Origin: Phoronis australis | Lineage: Eukaryota > Animalia > Phoronida | Assembly (NCBI GenBank): GCA_002633005.1 | Contig: NMRA01000714.1 | Coordinates: 56,708-120,707, forward strand | Length of the DNA stretch: 64,000 bases | Direction of reading: 5' to 3' | Shown here: positions 40,513 through 52,670 of the stretch, piece after piece | Layout: each line of letters begins with the position of its first letter | How positions within the stretch are numbered: the stretch's first letter is position 1 | Position numbers and translations under genes: made by a program | The notes under the pieces: generated by a model | The model's database searches: none | What the model was told of the DNA's origin: nothing | Seen by the model: the letters and a program-made list of their open reading frames with translations, nothing else

Positions 40513-40848
40513 TATGTTGGGAGTTCGAGATGATGATAATAATCGGGAGAGGAAAGTGCTTTCAAAACCGTAGAAAATCTATTGAAATTCATATCAAAAT
40601 TGCACGGTAACACATCAATACATACAATGTAATGCAAATCAAAATAAATCAATTTCTAGACTTACTGTATACTAATTTTCAGGTTGCATTCCCATCTCGA
40701 AGATTTCTACAGATCGACAAGTCTCCGAGATGGGGAGGCGGCGACATCATTAGTACAAAGTAAGTCCAGAGATTGGTTTATTTTGATGTACATGTACATT
40801 ATTCCACAATTGCATGAGTAACATACATTATATTACATCAATACATAC

Positions 40849-40909
40849 ATTCAAACCTTTTTAGTGCTGTTTCTCGTGGCTTATTGCGATCGTAATAACA
40901 AATCATCCA
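40849..40909 (-). CDS. CASD1-like gene exon 5
   Basis: WMICYYDRNKPRETALKRFE; TTTCAG acceptor phase 0 and GTATGT donor phase 1 both match the neighbouring exons. Confidence 0.8.
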
Positions 40910-41690
40910 CTGAAAATATACAAAGGAATCTAACTTCAGTGCGTTATTCATGTATGCATTGCAAGTATCCATTTTCATCATGTTTTGCTGACTAAGAACA
41001 AAAATCGAATTAAGCTGTTTGCTCACATGAAACTGGTATCATAATATTCCTTAAGGTGATAGGATTCTATTTCCATTACCAACAAGAACGCCAACACTAT
41101 CAGCGACTCATTCAACACGCGACACAACTTATTGGGTTTAGAAACCCTGAAAAAGTGAACTCCGTCTAAAATGACGCAAGCATGCATTGCCTTTGACTCG
41201 AGTTAGTAACGGAAATCCTTCGCTATTTTGGCTTTTAGCCACCTAATCAGGTGAAAATTAACCTTTTAAAGTGTATCTCAGGTCCGTAGTCAGCATTGCG
41301 GGGGATTTTCGGTGGGAGGACCTTTGATAATTTGCACACGTCGACACTGTACATGTACATATATGTAGAGTAATCGGTAAGGACCTTAATTAAGGGGAAT
41401 CGAAATCTGTATACACAACGATGACTCAGCTTTGTACCCGAAATGAGACGAAATTCGTAATACCATAAATGAGGATGCCGTGATTGTTGCTAGCAAAGAA
41501 CGAGACTAAAATTCGGATGTAATGTGGTCTAAAACGAGAACATTCTCGCGTTAACCCCTTCCAAACTTGCAAATCAGGCGTGCTTAAGTGAATGACCACA
41601 CCTCATTACATACCCGGACGGAAATATTTAGTCGGCGAATGATTTGAATTTTTGTCAGCTTGTAATTTATGTGTTACTTAAGTTGCTATT

Positions 41691-42179
41691 GCGAAGGTTC
41701 ACTACTCCGAAGGTTCGCTACCCCGAAGGTTCGTTACCCCGAAGGCCAGCTACCCCGAAGGTTCGCTAACCCGAAGGCTCGCTACCCCGAAGGTTCGCTA
41801 CCCCGAAGGTTCGCTAACCCGAAGGATCGCCACCCCGAAGGTTCGCTACCCCGAAGGTTCGCTACCCCGAAGGTTCGCTACCCCGAAGGNNNNNNNNNNN
41901 NNNNNNNNNNNNNNNNNNNNNNNNNNNNNNNNNNNNNNNNNNNNNNNNNNNNNNNNNNNNNNNNNNNNNNNNNNNNNCTGAAGGTTCACTACCCTGAAGG
42001 TTCACTACTCTGAAGGTTCACTACTCTGAAGGTTCACTACTCTGAAGGTTCACTACTCTGAAGGTTCACTACTCTGAAGGTTCACTACTCTGAAGGCTCA
42101 CTACTCCGAAAGTTCACTACTCTAATTTTTCTCTACTCTGAGGGTTCACTACCCTGAAGGTTCACTACTTTGAAGGTTC
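41691..42179. repeat. 16-bp satellite array spanning an assembly gap
   Basis: Units CCCCGAAGGTTCGCTA and CTCTGAAGGTTCACTA; N-run 41890-41977. Confidence 0.95.
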
Positions 42180-42243
42180 TCCCCTCTCAATTAATTCCGG
42201 TCTCTTATAAAAGGTAAAGTTTCAAGAAAGACGTGATGCTTAC

Positions 42244-42351
42244 CGCAGCCATTCCAATGACTACTAGTTCCGGTCTACCGTAGTGAATATCGTGCTCTAT
42301 CCAACGGTCGTACCAATGGGATTCATTGATGTAGGGAGAATAGGCAAAATC
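42244..42351 (-). CDS. CASD1-like gene exon 4
   Basis: DFAYSPYINESHWYDRWIEHDIHYGRPELVVIGMAA; TTTCAG / GTAAG, phase 0-0. Confidence 0.9.
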
Positions 42352-42834
42352 CTGAAAAATGAAATTGAGAATGGAAATAGCATCGCAAAATATACATCAG
42401 AGAGTGGTTGTCCAATATTTTCAATTAACTATTCACTGCTTGCTGTATAAAAGATGCATCACTGTACAATTGGTAAATTACGTCCGCGTGCATGCTTATT
42501 CAAGTACTGTACATTCCTTTCGCATTCGTAACATGTTAATTTTCTCCCTGATTATGACTTCGGCCAATCTTGCTATAAAACAGATGCATTTACAAAAGTG
42601 AGCACGTTATTTAGAAAACCGCGAGCAATAAATACCAAGTCAAGTCGTGGAATCGAACTCGTAACTCTCGGTTGTGTTTCTAAATCACCGTGTCCCCGTG
42701 ACCCAAAACGTTTGAACATATCTTCACGGGTAACATTGTATTTGTGAAAGCGTTTCGTGTAAACTGGGAATACTTAACTTACAAGAAACTTAACAGGTAT
42801 TTTGAGTATTTTGTTGATTTACATAAAACGCGCA

Positions 42835-43093
42835 ATGGTGATGATGGTGATGATGATGATGGTGCTGATGATGGTGACGGTGGTGGTGGTGATGATGGTG
42901 GTGGTGATGATGATGATGATGGTGATGGTGACAGTGATGATGATTACGATGACGGTGATGATGGTGATGGTTGTGGTAATGATGACGGTGGTGGTGATGA
43001 TGATGGTGATGAGGATGGTGATGGTGACGGTGGTGGTGATGGTAACGGTGACGATGATGGTGAAAATGACGGTGATGATGATGACGGTGATGA
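42835..43093. repeat. (GAT/GGT)n imperfect trinucleotide repeat (intronic)
   Basis: Direct reading. Confidence 0.95.
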
Positions 43094-43200
43094 AGTCATT
43101 TTCAACAGTTATTTTTACTAATGTTGTTTTATTAAAGAAAAGGTCAAACTGCCTTTTCTAGTAAGCAGAATTACCCTTTAATGACCGAGGACATACTTAC

Positions 43201-43384
43201 TAACGTCACTGCTGATGCATTGAAATATAAAGTTAAATTCGTGTGCAACTTTTGAGGAACAATCTCGGGATCGAGATACGACGCAACCCTGTAGAAAGTC
43301 TCTCTGATTCGGGAATCACCCACAAAACCTATATGGGTTTCCCCGGAAGTTCGCCTCTTCATTGCAAAGCAACGTTTTGCATCC
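43201..43384 (-). CDS. CASD1-like gene exon 3 (catalytic GDS)
   Basis: DAKRCFAMKRRTSGETHIGFVGDSRIRETFY...; matches the CASD1-type FIGDSRIRQ block; TACAG / GTAAGT boundaries. Confidence 0.92.
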
Positions 43385-43639
43385 CTGTATAGAAGAAAAT
43401 AAACGGAACTTAATATTTCAGGTTGTTTATAATTTAAGCGTGTGTTTGATGTGTGCTGACTGCTGTGGTGGCAAATGCACTGATTTCACGAAATAAAAGG
43501 AACGATTGAAAATCAAAGGAATTAAATGTAGGAAAACTGTTAGTAATTTAAAGTTTGAAAGTCAACAGAAACTTTGAAACGAATTTCGGGGGAAATATTG
43601 CCTGACTTTGATACTCCCAGTGGCGACTTGGTATTTTCC

Positions 43640-44239
43640 CAGGTTGCCAAACACAATCTGAAGGTTGCCAAACACAATCTGCAGGTCGCCAAACACAATC
43701 GGCAGGTTGCCAAACACAATCTGCAGGCAGCCAAACACAGTCTACAGGTTGCCAAGCACAATCTGCAGGTTGCCAAACACTATATGAAGGTTGCCAAACA
43801 CAATTTGCAGGTTGCCAAACACAGTCAGCAGGTTGCCAAACACAATCTGCAGATTGCCAAACACAATCTGCAGGTTGCCAAACACAATCTGCAGATTGCC
43901 AAACACAATCTGCAGGTTGCCAAACACTATCTGCAGGTTGCCAAACACAATCGACAGGTTGCCAAACACAATCTGCAGGTAGCCAAACACAGTCTGCAGG
44001 TTGCTAAATGCAATCTGGAGGTTGACAAACACAATCTGCAGGTTGCCAAACACAATTTGTAGGTTGCCAAACACAATCTGCAGGTAGCCAAACACAGTCT
44101 GCAGGTTGCAAAAAACAATTTGCAGCTTGCCAAATACAATCTGCAGGTAGCCAAACACAGTCTGCAGGTTGCCAAACACAATCTGCAGGTGGCCAAACAC
44201 AATCTGCAGGTTGCCAAACACAATCTGCAGGTTGCCAAA
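43640..44239. repeat. 21-bp minisatellite, ~28 copies
   Basis: Unit CAGGTTGCCAAACACAATCTG. Confidence 0.95.
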
Positions 44240-45240
44240 TCGAGAACTGATGGCCAATGGGAAAGCTGTTACCTTCATTATTATCCCTAAAACCTGTCGC
44301 AAATACCCGGTTTTTCAAACCGAACTGCATACGAGTTATATCAATGAAAGCTCTTAATCATTTCTTGATGGTGTTTGGTTATTCCAAAAGCAAAAATACA
44401 ACTTACTTCATTATAATTGTCATTTGTAAACCTGAAGGCTTAAAAATACTTTTACTTGTTTAATTCCAAAGCCCAAGAGTGTTACCAAAATACAAAAAAT
44501 AAGTGTTATAATGAAGCTTCTCATGTACTAACTGACTGATTAATTAACTAAATTTTCCACTAATTAAGACTAATTTCAATTAATTTAGGGTAAATAGTGA
44601 CATAAAAAGAACATGAACCAGACGATTATATAGAGGACCAATTAAACCAGCAGTATAGTAGTTTCAATGATTAAAAAGATTGCTATTTTGAACACATTGT
44701 CAACATTCGAAAATGAAAAACAGGACAACCTGATAAAAACGGGACATTTGGTTCTATGCCTAAACGTGCCTAAACGTAAGGGTGAAATGCTGGCCGCAAC
44801 ACCCAAGAACGTTTTATGTCGACCGGGAGACATAGTATCCTAAAGCTCACGACGGCGGGTGTTTTTGTTTTTCAGTCGAATGAGAAAGCGCGGGTTCATC
44901 AGAATTCATGAAACATGGCGGTGTTTGTCTTTGTAGTGGAACGAGATTATAGTGCTATGGCACGTGGGAAGTTACACTAGTGTATGATAATAGGTCAACG
45001 TCGCATTGTTTCAAAAAGCGAGACATTTCGATGGTGAGGCGGGATGGTGGAAAAGCGGGAAAATTTCAAAAAGTGGGACAGTCCGCCAAAAGCGGTAATG
45101 CAAAGTATTGGATTGGATTCGTTTACAGTGTGAACTTTTCATTTTTTAATTCACACTGTTAACCTCTCGGCCAGTTCCGTGAAAACTAGGGGCCGCAAGC
45201 TTTAACATTCAGTAGAACATAGTTAACGTGCGGGAGTTGT

Positions 45241-46889
45241 CAGTGGCGGATCTACGGGGGGGGGGNGTTCAGGGGGTTTAAACCCCCCTCGGGCCAGGAC
45301 CTAAAAATTAAAAAAACAAAAACAAAAGCGTCTCCAGCAAAACAAAAACGGCACCGTCAGCGTATGTAAACCCCAAGTAAACCAACTTGGAAAAAATTGA
45401 GGGGAGGGTTCACTCTGAAAATATAGATTTTTGCATTGTGAATTGCTGAGTCTTTGTGGCTCATCGGCAAAACGCGCGGGGATTTATTGTGCGCGCGCTT
45501 CCGTCGACACTTCTGAAGTAGCCAAGCATGTTAGATGGATTCACCGCTGAAAGAGCAGTTCTATAGCTGATTTCTTTAGGTAACAAGCTTCTTTACTCTA
45601 AGATATATTTTGATTTGATTAGGGGAAATACTGCGGTGCCGCAACCCTGATATTCAGGCGAATTGACGTGCAACGTTTTTACCTCATCTGTCATGCCGTG
45701 TCGTTATTACACTCCACACGTTTGTAACTGATGTATAGTAAAGTTGTCTTGCGCAATATCATACAGTGTACATGTACATGTAATATTATGTACATGTANG
45801 ATAGGACTAACGTATGAGTAACCACTGGGGATTAAAATTTTAGAGAGAAGTTTTCAATTCAAAATTTTTTGCATAGTACACTTTAGGTCTCGCGACGGAC
45901 CAGGCCAGCTTGATTTGTGTAGATGTTGAGTTTCAGTGTACTTCTGGTCCCTCGGCGAACTAGTCTTGTGATTTTTTTTACCAAAGTGTGCTTTGCAAAA
46001 CTATTTATCTCAGCCAATACTGTTTGGTCCCGCGACAGATCGACTATTTTTATAGGGATAATAAGCACAGGTGTACTCTTGGTCTCGTGACGGACCAGGT
46101 CAGCTTTTTGTGTACTCTCAGTGTACATCTGGTCCCTCTGCAAACTAGTCCAGTGTATCTTTTCACCACTGTGCACATGATGTTTTGGTTTCGTGAAACT
46201 GTTTTCAGATAATTTGTTTCCTGATAGATTTGACGTTTTTCAATTGTTGTCAACGTGATTCAGCTTAATAAAGTGATACCTAATTATTTATTGTCGCTTT
46301 TAATAATAGACTATGAGTTGAGTTTTTCTCGTAACGAGACAGAACACATGTTTATTTCCGGACTAACAGTACAGGTCTTCGTTCTTAAACAACTTGAGGC
46401 TGCTGTTACGCGATCATCTGATAGTCAAGTTTTTACGCCCCGTCGGTGCTCCTTAATTATGCTCTTGAATATTTGGAAATTGTCTAAACTCCTGTATACA
46501 CACCACACTTTTTCGTATACGACTTTTCGTATGCTGAAAAAGGTGTGTGTAAGCAGATGTTCCAACAAAAATTTTTGCTGGTGGCGTAACTCATACCCAG
46601 ATGTGCACAATATGGTTTCACGAAACTTACATGTATGTGCCAAGTTCATGTGACGAAATCGAGAAGGGTTTTTAATTATCTTAAGAAAAACTCCAGAGAC
46701 ATGTTAAGTGCCAGAAACTTACCAGGATGCATGGAAATTTCACTATTTGGCTACAAAAACAAAGAAATATCTTACACGGGAGGGGAAACCCCCTCCCGAC
46801 CCCCCCCCCCGCTCGGCGCCACGCGCCTAGGATTCGAACTCGGTGGGAATACTAAACCCCCCCTTGCTGAAAACGTAGATCCGCCACTG
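45241..46889. mobile_element. hAT-like non-autonomous element with 5-bp TSD
   Basis: Perfect 16-bp TIR CAGTGGCGGATCTACG; GTTGT on both sides. Confidence 0.85.
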
Positions 46890-47427
46890 GTTGTCATCCA
46901 TGTCTAGAGTTCTCAGACCTAGTTTGACACGCGGCATTGAAAAGCGTCGTTTTAGTGATAATTAAGTTAATTTTGCTTTGCAAATCAAGTCGAAATTGCG
47001 AGTGAATGTCAAAAAAGGAACGAGGCATTGGCATATATAGATTATATTGACCAAAAACCGGTCGACAACTCGTGGCGTTTTCCGTTTCTTCTTGGCCTCG
47101 GGAATTTGACTTAATTTGAACTTAGGAGCGCGAGATTTCGAAAACGGCTTGGTGGATTTCACTGAAACTATCTAATTTTTAACATTTTTACTCATCAATT
47201 TCAAAAACCCTGTTCGGTGTTTCGAGTACTGTAAATTAAACAAATACGACTTCTATTTTTTACAAAACATACTTCACGTTTTGCTATGTAATTTTGAATA
47301 GAAACCAAATAAGGAGTAACTGAAAAGTCTTAATAGTTTGTTTGAGGTAAATTGTAAAGTAGTCATTTAAAATGGGTTTCATTAAAATCAATCGAGGGTT
47401 ATTTTGCTATGAATGTACCTGAACGTA

Positions 47428-48720
47428 CCGTAGCTTACAGAGTTCGGTACTAGGCCAACTTACCGTGGTCGATCGCGGGAGTTTGGGTCTGTTTGGACAT
47501 AAATTCGAATCATTCGTCCGTGAAATACAGACAGGAGAAAATACCTGTGTATTGTAATTTTAGACTTGCATTTTTTTCAGTTTTAAACACACAAAATGCT
47601 TGTTATCCCAGCCAGTGGCTCGGAACCCGATCAAGCCCGTCGCGGCCGCCGGCGGGATTGGACATCACCGAACATAAACCAGCTTAAGTTGGAAAGTAAA
47701 CCTCTAGTCACAAGACTATAGTAGTGAGCTAAAGAAATAATGTGCACGTAATTATTTTTAAGAATTAGCCACGAAACTGAAAATCTACATTTACTTGTCG
47801 GGGGGCGCGAAATCACTGAGGTCCCCGTCGACAGAACCGCCAGGGAAAAGGTTGAACAGTAACAATGATTTGAATAATGTGTTTGTATCTAAATAAAGAT
47901 TCCCCAAACATGTGACCATAGCAAATAAGATCGAGCTATTGTTTCACAACAGCTTTCTGTCAGCAAACACTGAATTAGCATGCGCTCACACGGCCTCAGT
48001 GACCGGTCAATTATCTTTATTGCATCTAAAGCCGGTAACGCAGTGGTTTATTCATTGCTGGCTTCTCAAAACGTTTGTATTCATGAATACTCCAAAGGCA
48101 TTACAAATTGTATCTAATGAGACAGAATTTGTTTCAGTTTTATATAAGCATGGGTTAAGGTGAGAATAATTCATTTCCACGCAGAATAATAAACGTCTAA
48201 TTGGCAACTCGAAATCCCGACTTAGACGAGAGCTCATCGCACGAAAACTTTACAGGTGGATCGTTAGGTTTCACAGGTTATCAGTTGGAACCGGAATACA
48301 CTGATCAAAAATACTAGAGAGGCGCCATGAACATTCACAGGCAACGGAACGTATGGACAGTTCTTTGTAAGCCGGCATTTGTCAGAGAAATCCCTGTCGA
48401 CAAAATGTCGGCCACAGACACGGAGATGTTTCACGGCCTCATACTTGCTGTTAACAGCGTAATTTTCATTCTTCACTACCACGAGCCACTTCCTTAACAA
48501 TTTGGGTTCTCGAGGAAGTCGAAAAAAACGATATATCCGTTATCCTCGCAGCTCCATAGTTCGGGCAAGCGGGAACGATGCACCGCAAAATAGCGGCATT
48601 CACTAAGCAAATGAACCACTGACGTCGCTGCGTCGTTTTCTCACCTTCTTTACAGGTTAACGCGACACCTCTGGGAAAGGTAAGGTCGACCGTGTGCGAG
48701 GCGATGTGGATATAGATCAA
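47428..48720 (-). mobile_element. Kolobok-like THAP family copy C (left end missing)
   Basis: Homologous to copy A; THAP CIVPACPNY..ISFF/RLPREPKLLRKWL..LRVCGRHF with one frameshift at ~48330-48600. Confidence 0.85.
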
Positions 48721-48724
48721 TTAA

Positions 48725-49765
48725 AGGAGAATGCCACCCGAAAAAAACATTTTGTATCAATTTAGATTGAGTAGTTCTGCTCGATAACGGCACGTTCGGT
48801 TGCGTTACCTGACACCTGACGCAGACGGAGGTGTTGAAATTATCCAATGACGTAATTGGTTTCACACGCAGTCTGTTCAGCAGTTCACAACACGGGTTAC
48901 TGGTGTCAGGTTCCCGCTTAACTTCATCGTTTAACACCAATAAATAATCAAATTTCGATGTAAAACCCTTAAAATACACCGAGTTCTTATAAAAACGTGT
49001 TGTTCTATTTCCCTGTTATTTAAAAACACCGTAGCCTACAAATTTCGGCAGGCCAATTTACCAAGGTCCATAGAAGGAGTTTGGGGTCTGAGCTAAATTA
49101 TTCTAAAGTATTCTTCCGTGAAATACAGACAGGAGACCCTAGAACTGTGTTGTTTAGACTTATGATTTTATGAGTTCTAAACACACAAAACGCTTGTTAT
49201 CTCGACCAGTGTCTCGGAACCCGATCAGCCCCGTCGAGGCCGGACTGACTCGTTATTCCCGCCAGTGGCTCGGAACCCGATCAGGCCCGTCGGGACCGCC
49301 GGGACTGGCACGAACATAAACCAGCTTGAGTTGGAAACTAAACCTCCAGTCACGAAAAGACTATAATAGTGAGCCAAAGAAATAATGGGAATTAGCCACG
49401 AAACTGAAAATCTACTTACTTGTCGGGCGACGCGAAGTCGGGTTCCCCTTCCACAGACCGTCAGGGCAAAGATTGTACCGTAAGAATGATTTGAATAATG
49501 TATTTGTATTTTTGAATAAAGATTCCCCTAACATGTGACCATGGATATAAAACCGAGTAATTGTTTCACAGCAGCTTTCTGTCAGCAAACACTGAATTAG
49601 CATGCGCTCACACGTTCTCGGTGCCCAGTCAATTACCTTTATTGCTGGCACCAAAAGCCGGCAGTGATTTATTCATTACGGGCTTCTCAAAATTTGCACT
49701 CAAGAATACTGCAAAGGCATTACAAATTGTATCTAATGAGACTGACTTTCTTTCAGCTTTATGCC
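48725..49765 (-). mobile_element. Kolobok-like THAP family copy D (right end missing), starting at a TTAA inside copy C
   Basis: TTAA|AGGAGAATGCCACCCG; homology to 17400-18450. Confidence 0.85.
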
Positions 49766-51284
49766 ATCTTTGTTTAAACAAGGGGCATTAAACGCTACAC
49801 TTTTCTAAACTTCTGTGGATTGACTCGAGCTTTCTCAGTAATCTCTTATACACTTAAATAGACACGCTTTTGCATAGGCACACGATGTAAAAGCTGCCCG
49901 ATACATAATGCAAAAATGAAGACAACAAAAATACATAGAGACATGATATTCATTTAATCCTGGATGTTCGATAGGAACATCCGTGATTATCAGAAGAAAA
50001 TCTGAAACAACTGGCGCGAAAACGTTTGGAAAGGTGTGAAATATTACTAACTTGCAGAGCCAAATTGCAATACATCAGTCTCACATCTATAGCGTGTTAC
50101 TAGGTAAACTGCAAGCATTTTTGATTTACCAATTTTGAATTGAACCCTGAAATTTCAAGAGAAAACTACGGTCTAATCAAAGTGGACAAGAACAGACATT
50201 TGCTGTGGCTTGATCACCCAAAGAGAATATCCAGACATTTTAATGTTTGGATTCATTGCAATGTTGATTTTATTTTGTTTAACAAATGAAATTTCTAAAA
50301 TTGCAGTACCAACGCTAAATGAAAAATGAACTCGTCGCAAAATCTGCAATTTTTCTTTTCCCATCCCACGTCTCCATGTTCTTCCACCGCCCACTCGGAC
50401 CCTTTTGCTCGGTGGTTCCGAAATCGATATTACCTTGGCCCTCAACTGTTGCGATACTTTTCGGAGTGCGTCAGTTGCATAACCCAACATGCGTTGAGCA
50501 TGACGCTTTTGAGGGGGATTTAAATTGGGTGCCAGCCTAGGCCCACTTTTCAATGGAGAGGTGACGAACGCAAAATTGAGTAAGTTTTGACCGGGAGAGG
50601 TTCATAACTAAGAACAGGACATGGCACAGCTGCGCACCCCTTGGCTGCGTCATCACGATAAAAACCAAAAGTGTGATTTATTTATCATCAAGTCACTTCA
50701 GTAACGATTGATTTGTTAGCATCAGAAATTTCGACTCTAAATTCAAACACAAAAATCAAAGCAAGTAACACACTAAGTATTAATTTTGAAAACATTCGCC
50801 GATACTTGCAGCGTTTGTAATTACAAAATTATTACGTATAGATGCCGCCACCTCTTGCTAAATAACGTTCTATTAGGAAAGCATAAAAATCTTTTTATTT
50901 ACACAAAATGTGCAACTGTAAATGCTGAGAATTTTCTGATATCATGAACATGTATCTAGCCACGCTGAAAAAATGAAGTGCTTTCCGACATGGCCACAGA
51001 ATGAAAGACTAAAACTACGACCCAAGGTCTATTCATGACTTGTGACACCATGCTGTGACGTTTCTTTTTCCTTAGTATGTTCCTCAAGTTTTCTCAGATA
51101 AAGTTTCTCCAGTGTTATATCGCAACATAGGCTGATTGATCAATGAATGTGCCTCCCAAGGGTTGATTCCGCCGTCCATGACTTCCGCCACCAGTTCGAG
51201 TTGCTTGGACATAGTTATGTCTAAAAACGCTAACATCATCATGTAAGAACCAGAGATTTGTTTTATGGCAGGGCGAAATGCAGG

Positions 51285-51435
51285 CGTGCGTTCAGTAGAC
51301 GCTAGGACCTACGCTAGGACCTAGCTAAAACCTAGTCAAAGTCACGTGCTCTCATTTGAAATGCACGGCAATATCTCACGTAATCTCGCGAAGTCTTGCT
51401 TTTTAGCGAGGTCCTAGCGTTACTGAACGGGAGGC
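51285..51435. mobile_element. ~150-bp MITE, copy of 1666-1816
   Basis: Near-identical sequence and inverted repeats. Confidence 0.75.
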
Positions 51436-52670
51436 AGATTTAGCAAGAAATCTAACTTTGTTTTCATCCGTAGCAATTACATGCACGTGTTTCCCTATTT
51501 ACTATCAATATATTGATTATATAAACAGCTGTTTCCGTACTTATAACTTAAGTTTTATTATTAAAAATGAGCAATGGAGCACAAAATACGGGCTTACGGT
51601 TTTAGAATTATACACGACTTGTTGAATGCTTAGAGTGTACATATTAATCACTAATTGGTGAATACGAAACTGCTCGATCTCAATTTTCTGTTCCTGATTG
51701 ACTAGCAAATGTCTACTTCTGAATATTGCTGACAAAAAATATTAAACATCTAAATAAAAAATAGGTAGTGCATACGGTGACTTCGTATGGTCAGGATTTC
51801 GAATCACCTAATTCATTTCGTGGATCAAGCTTGGTAGTTTGAAGAACTGGACAGAGTATTTTAGATACTGGAAAACAGTTGACAGACGAGACTTTTACTG
51901 CAAAGGATATGCAGTCAACAACTGAGGAATAAGAACAGGTAACAAGCGAATTTATCGACATTTGACAAAAGGAAATTTTTCGTTAATGAAGGTATAACCA
52001 TAGCAACACTCGTCACGTTTTCAAGTTCTCCATTTCAGCTCATTACATTGTTTATATCACCATATGTTACATTATTATAATATATTCCATCATGTCCAAA
52101 TGGTTATGAAGTTGCAAAATCCGTATTGTTAATGAATTTTATGTATTTTACTCCATCTGTTACTTGTTACAGTGAAGTCTAGGGAAAAGCCCTTATCGGC
52201 AGCTCGATCTTTTAGTTATTAAATCCGCACTATGATGTCTAATGATACGAAAACTTCAATTCTGATCCATTGAAAAATCAGTCTATCAGTAAAATGTAGC
52301 GTATCACTAGGATGAATTTAAAAGGCGGACATTTCCGGGTAAGAAAACAATTTTGCAGTGGCGTTGGGTTGCAATCACTTCATGAAGTCTATTCAATCAT
52401 AATCATAAGTCCCGTTTAGACATCAACTTTTGATCCAGCGCAACTGACACGGAGCAACTTGATCGGTGTCAAGTGACCCTTTCCACACGCAATTTCACTA
52501 ACTGTGGCAAGACGGAAGTTGTACGCTGGAGAGTGGAATGCACATGCGCAGGTTTTCAAATAGCGCGGGAGTTGCAGAGACAGAAAACCCGTATGTAGGT
52601 CATTGCACAAGCGCAGTAATAAAAGATAATCCTTTCCGACTTGCCCCAATTCCGCCTTTAGACATATAAT

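Noticed and set aside
42744-43161. Asp/Gly-rich and Met/Val-rich ORFs resembling acidic biomineral proteins
   Set aside because: Translations of an intronic trinucleotide microsatellite; no signal peptide or splice support
43640-44330. The 21-bp repeat reads (VWQPADC)n on the sense strand of the CASD1-like gene, echoing the CASD1 WQPxxC motif, ~260 bp upstream of exon 3
   Set aside because: The real equivalent block (WHARRC) is in exon 59455-59608 with matching phase; no convincing donor follows the array; several frames are open simply because of the 21-nt period
49800-50005. Hydrophobic MNIMSLCIFVVFIFALCIG as an alternative anchor exon
   Set aside because: Followed by a stop with no usable donor; a better anchor exon exists at 61012-61084
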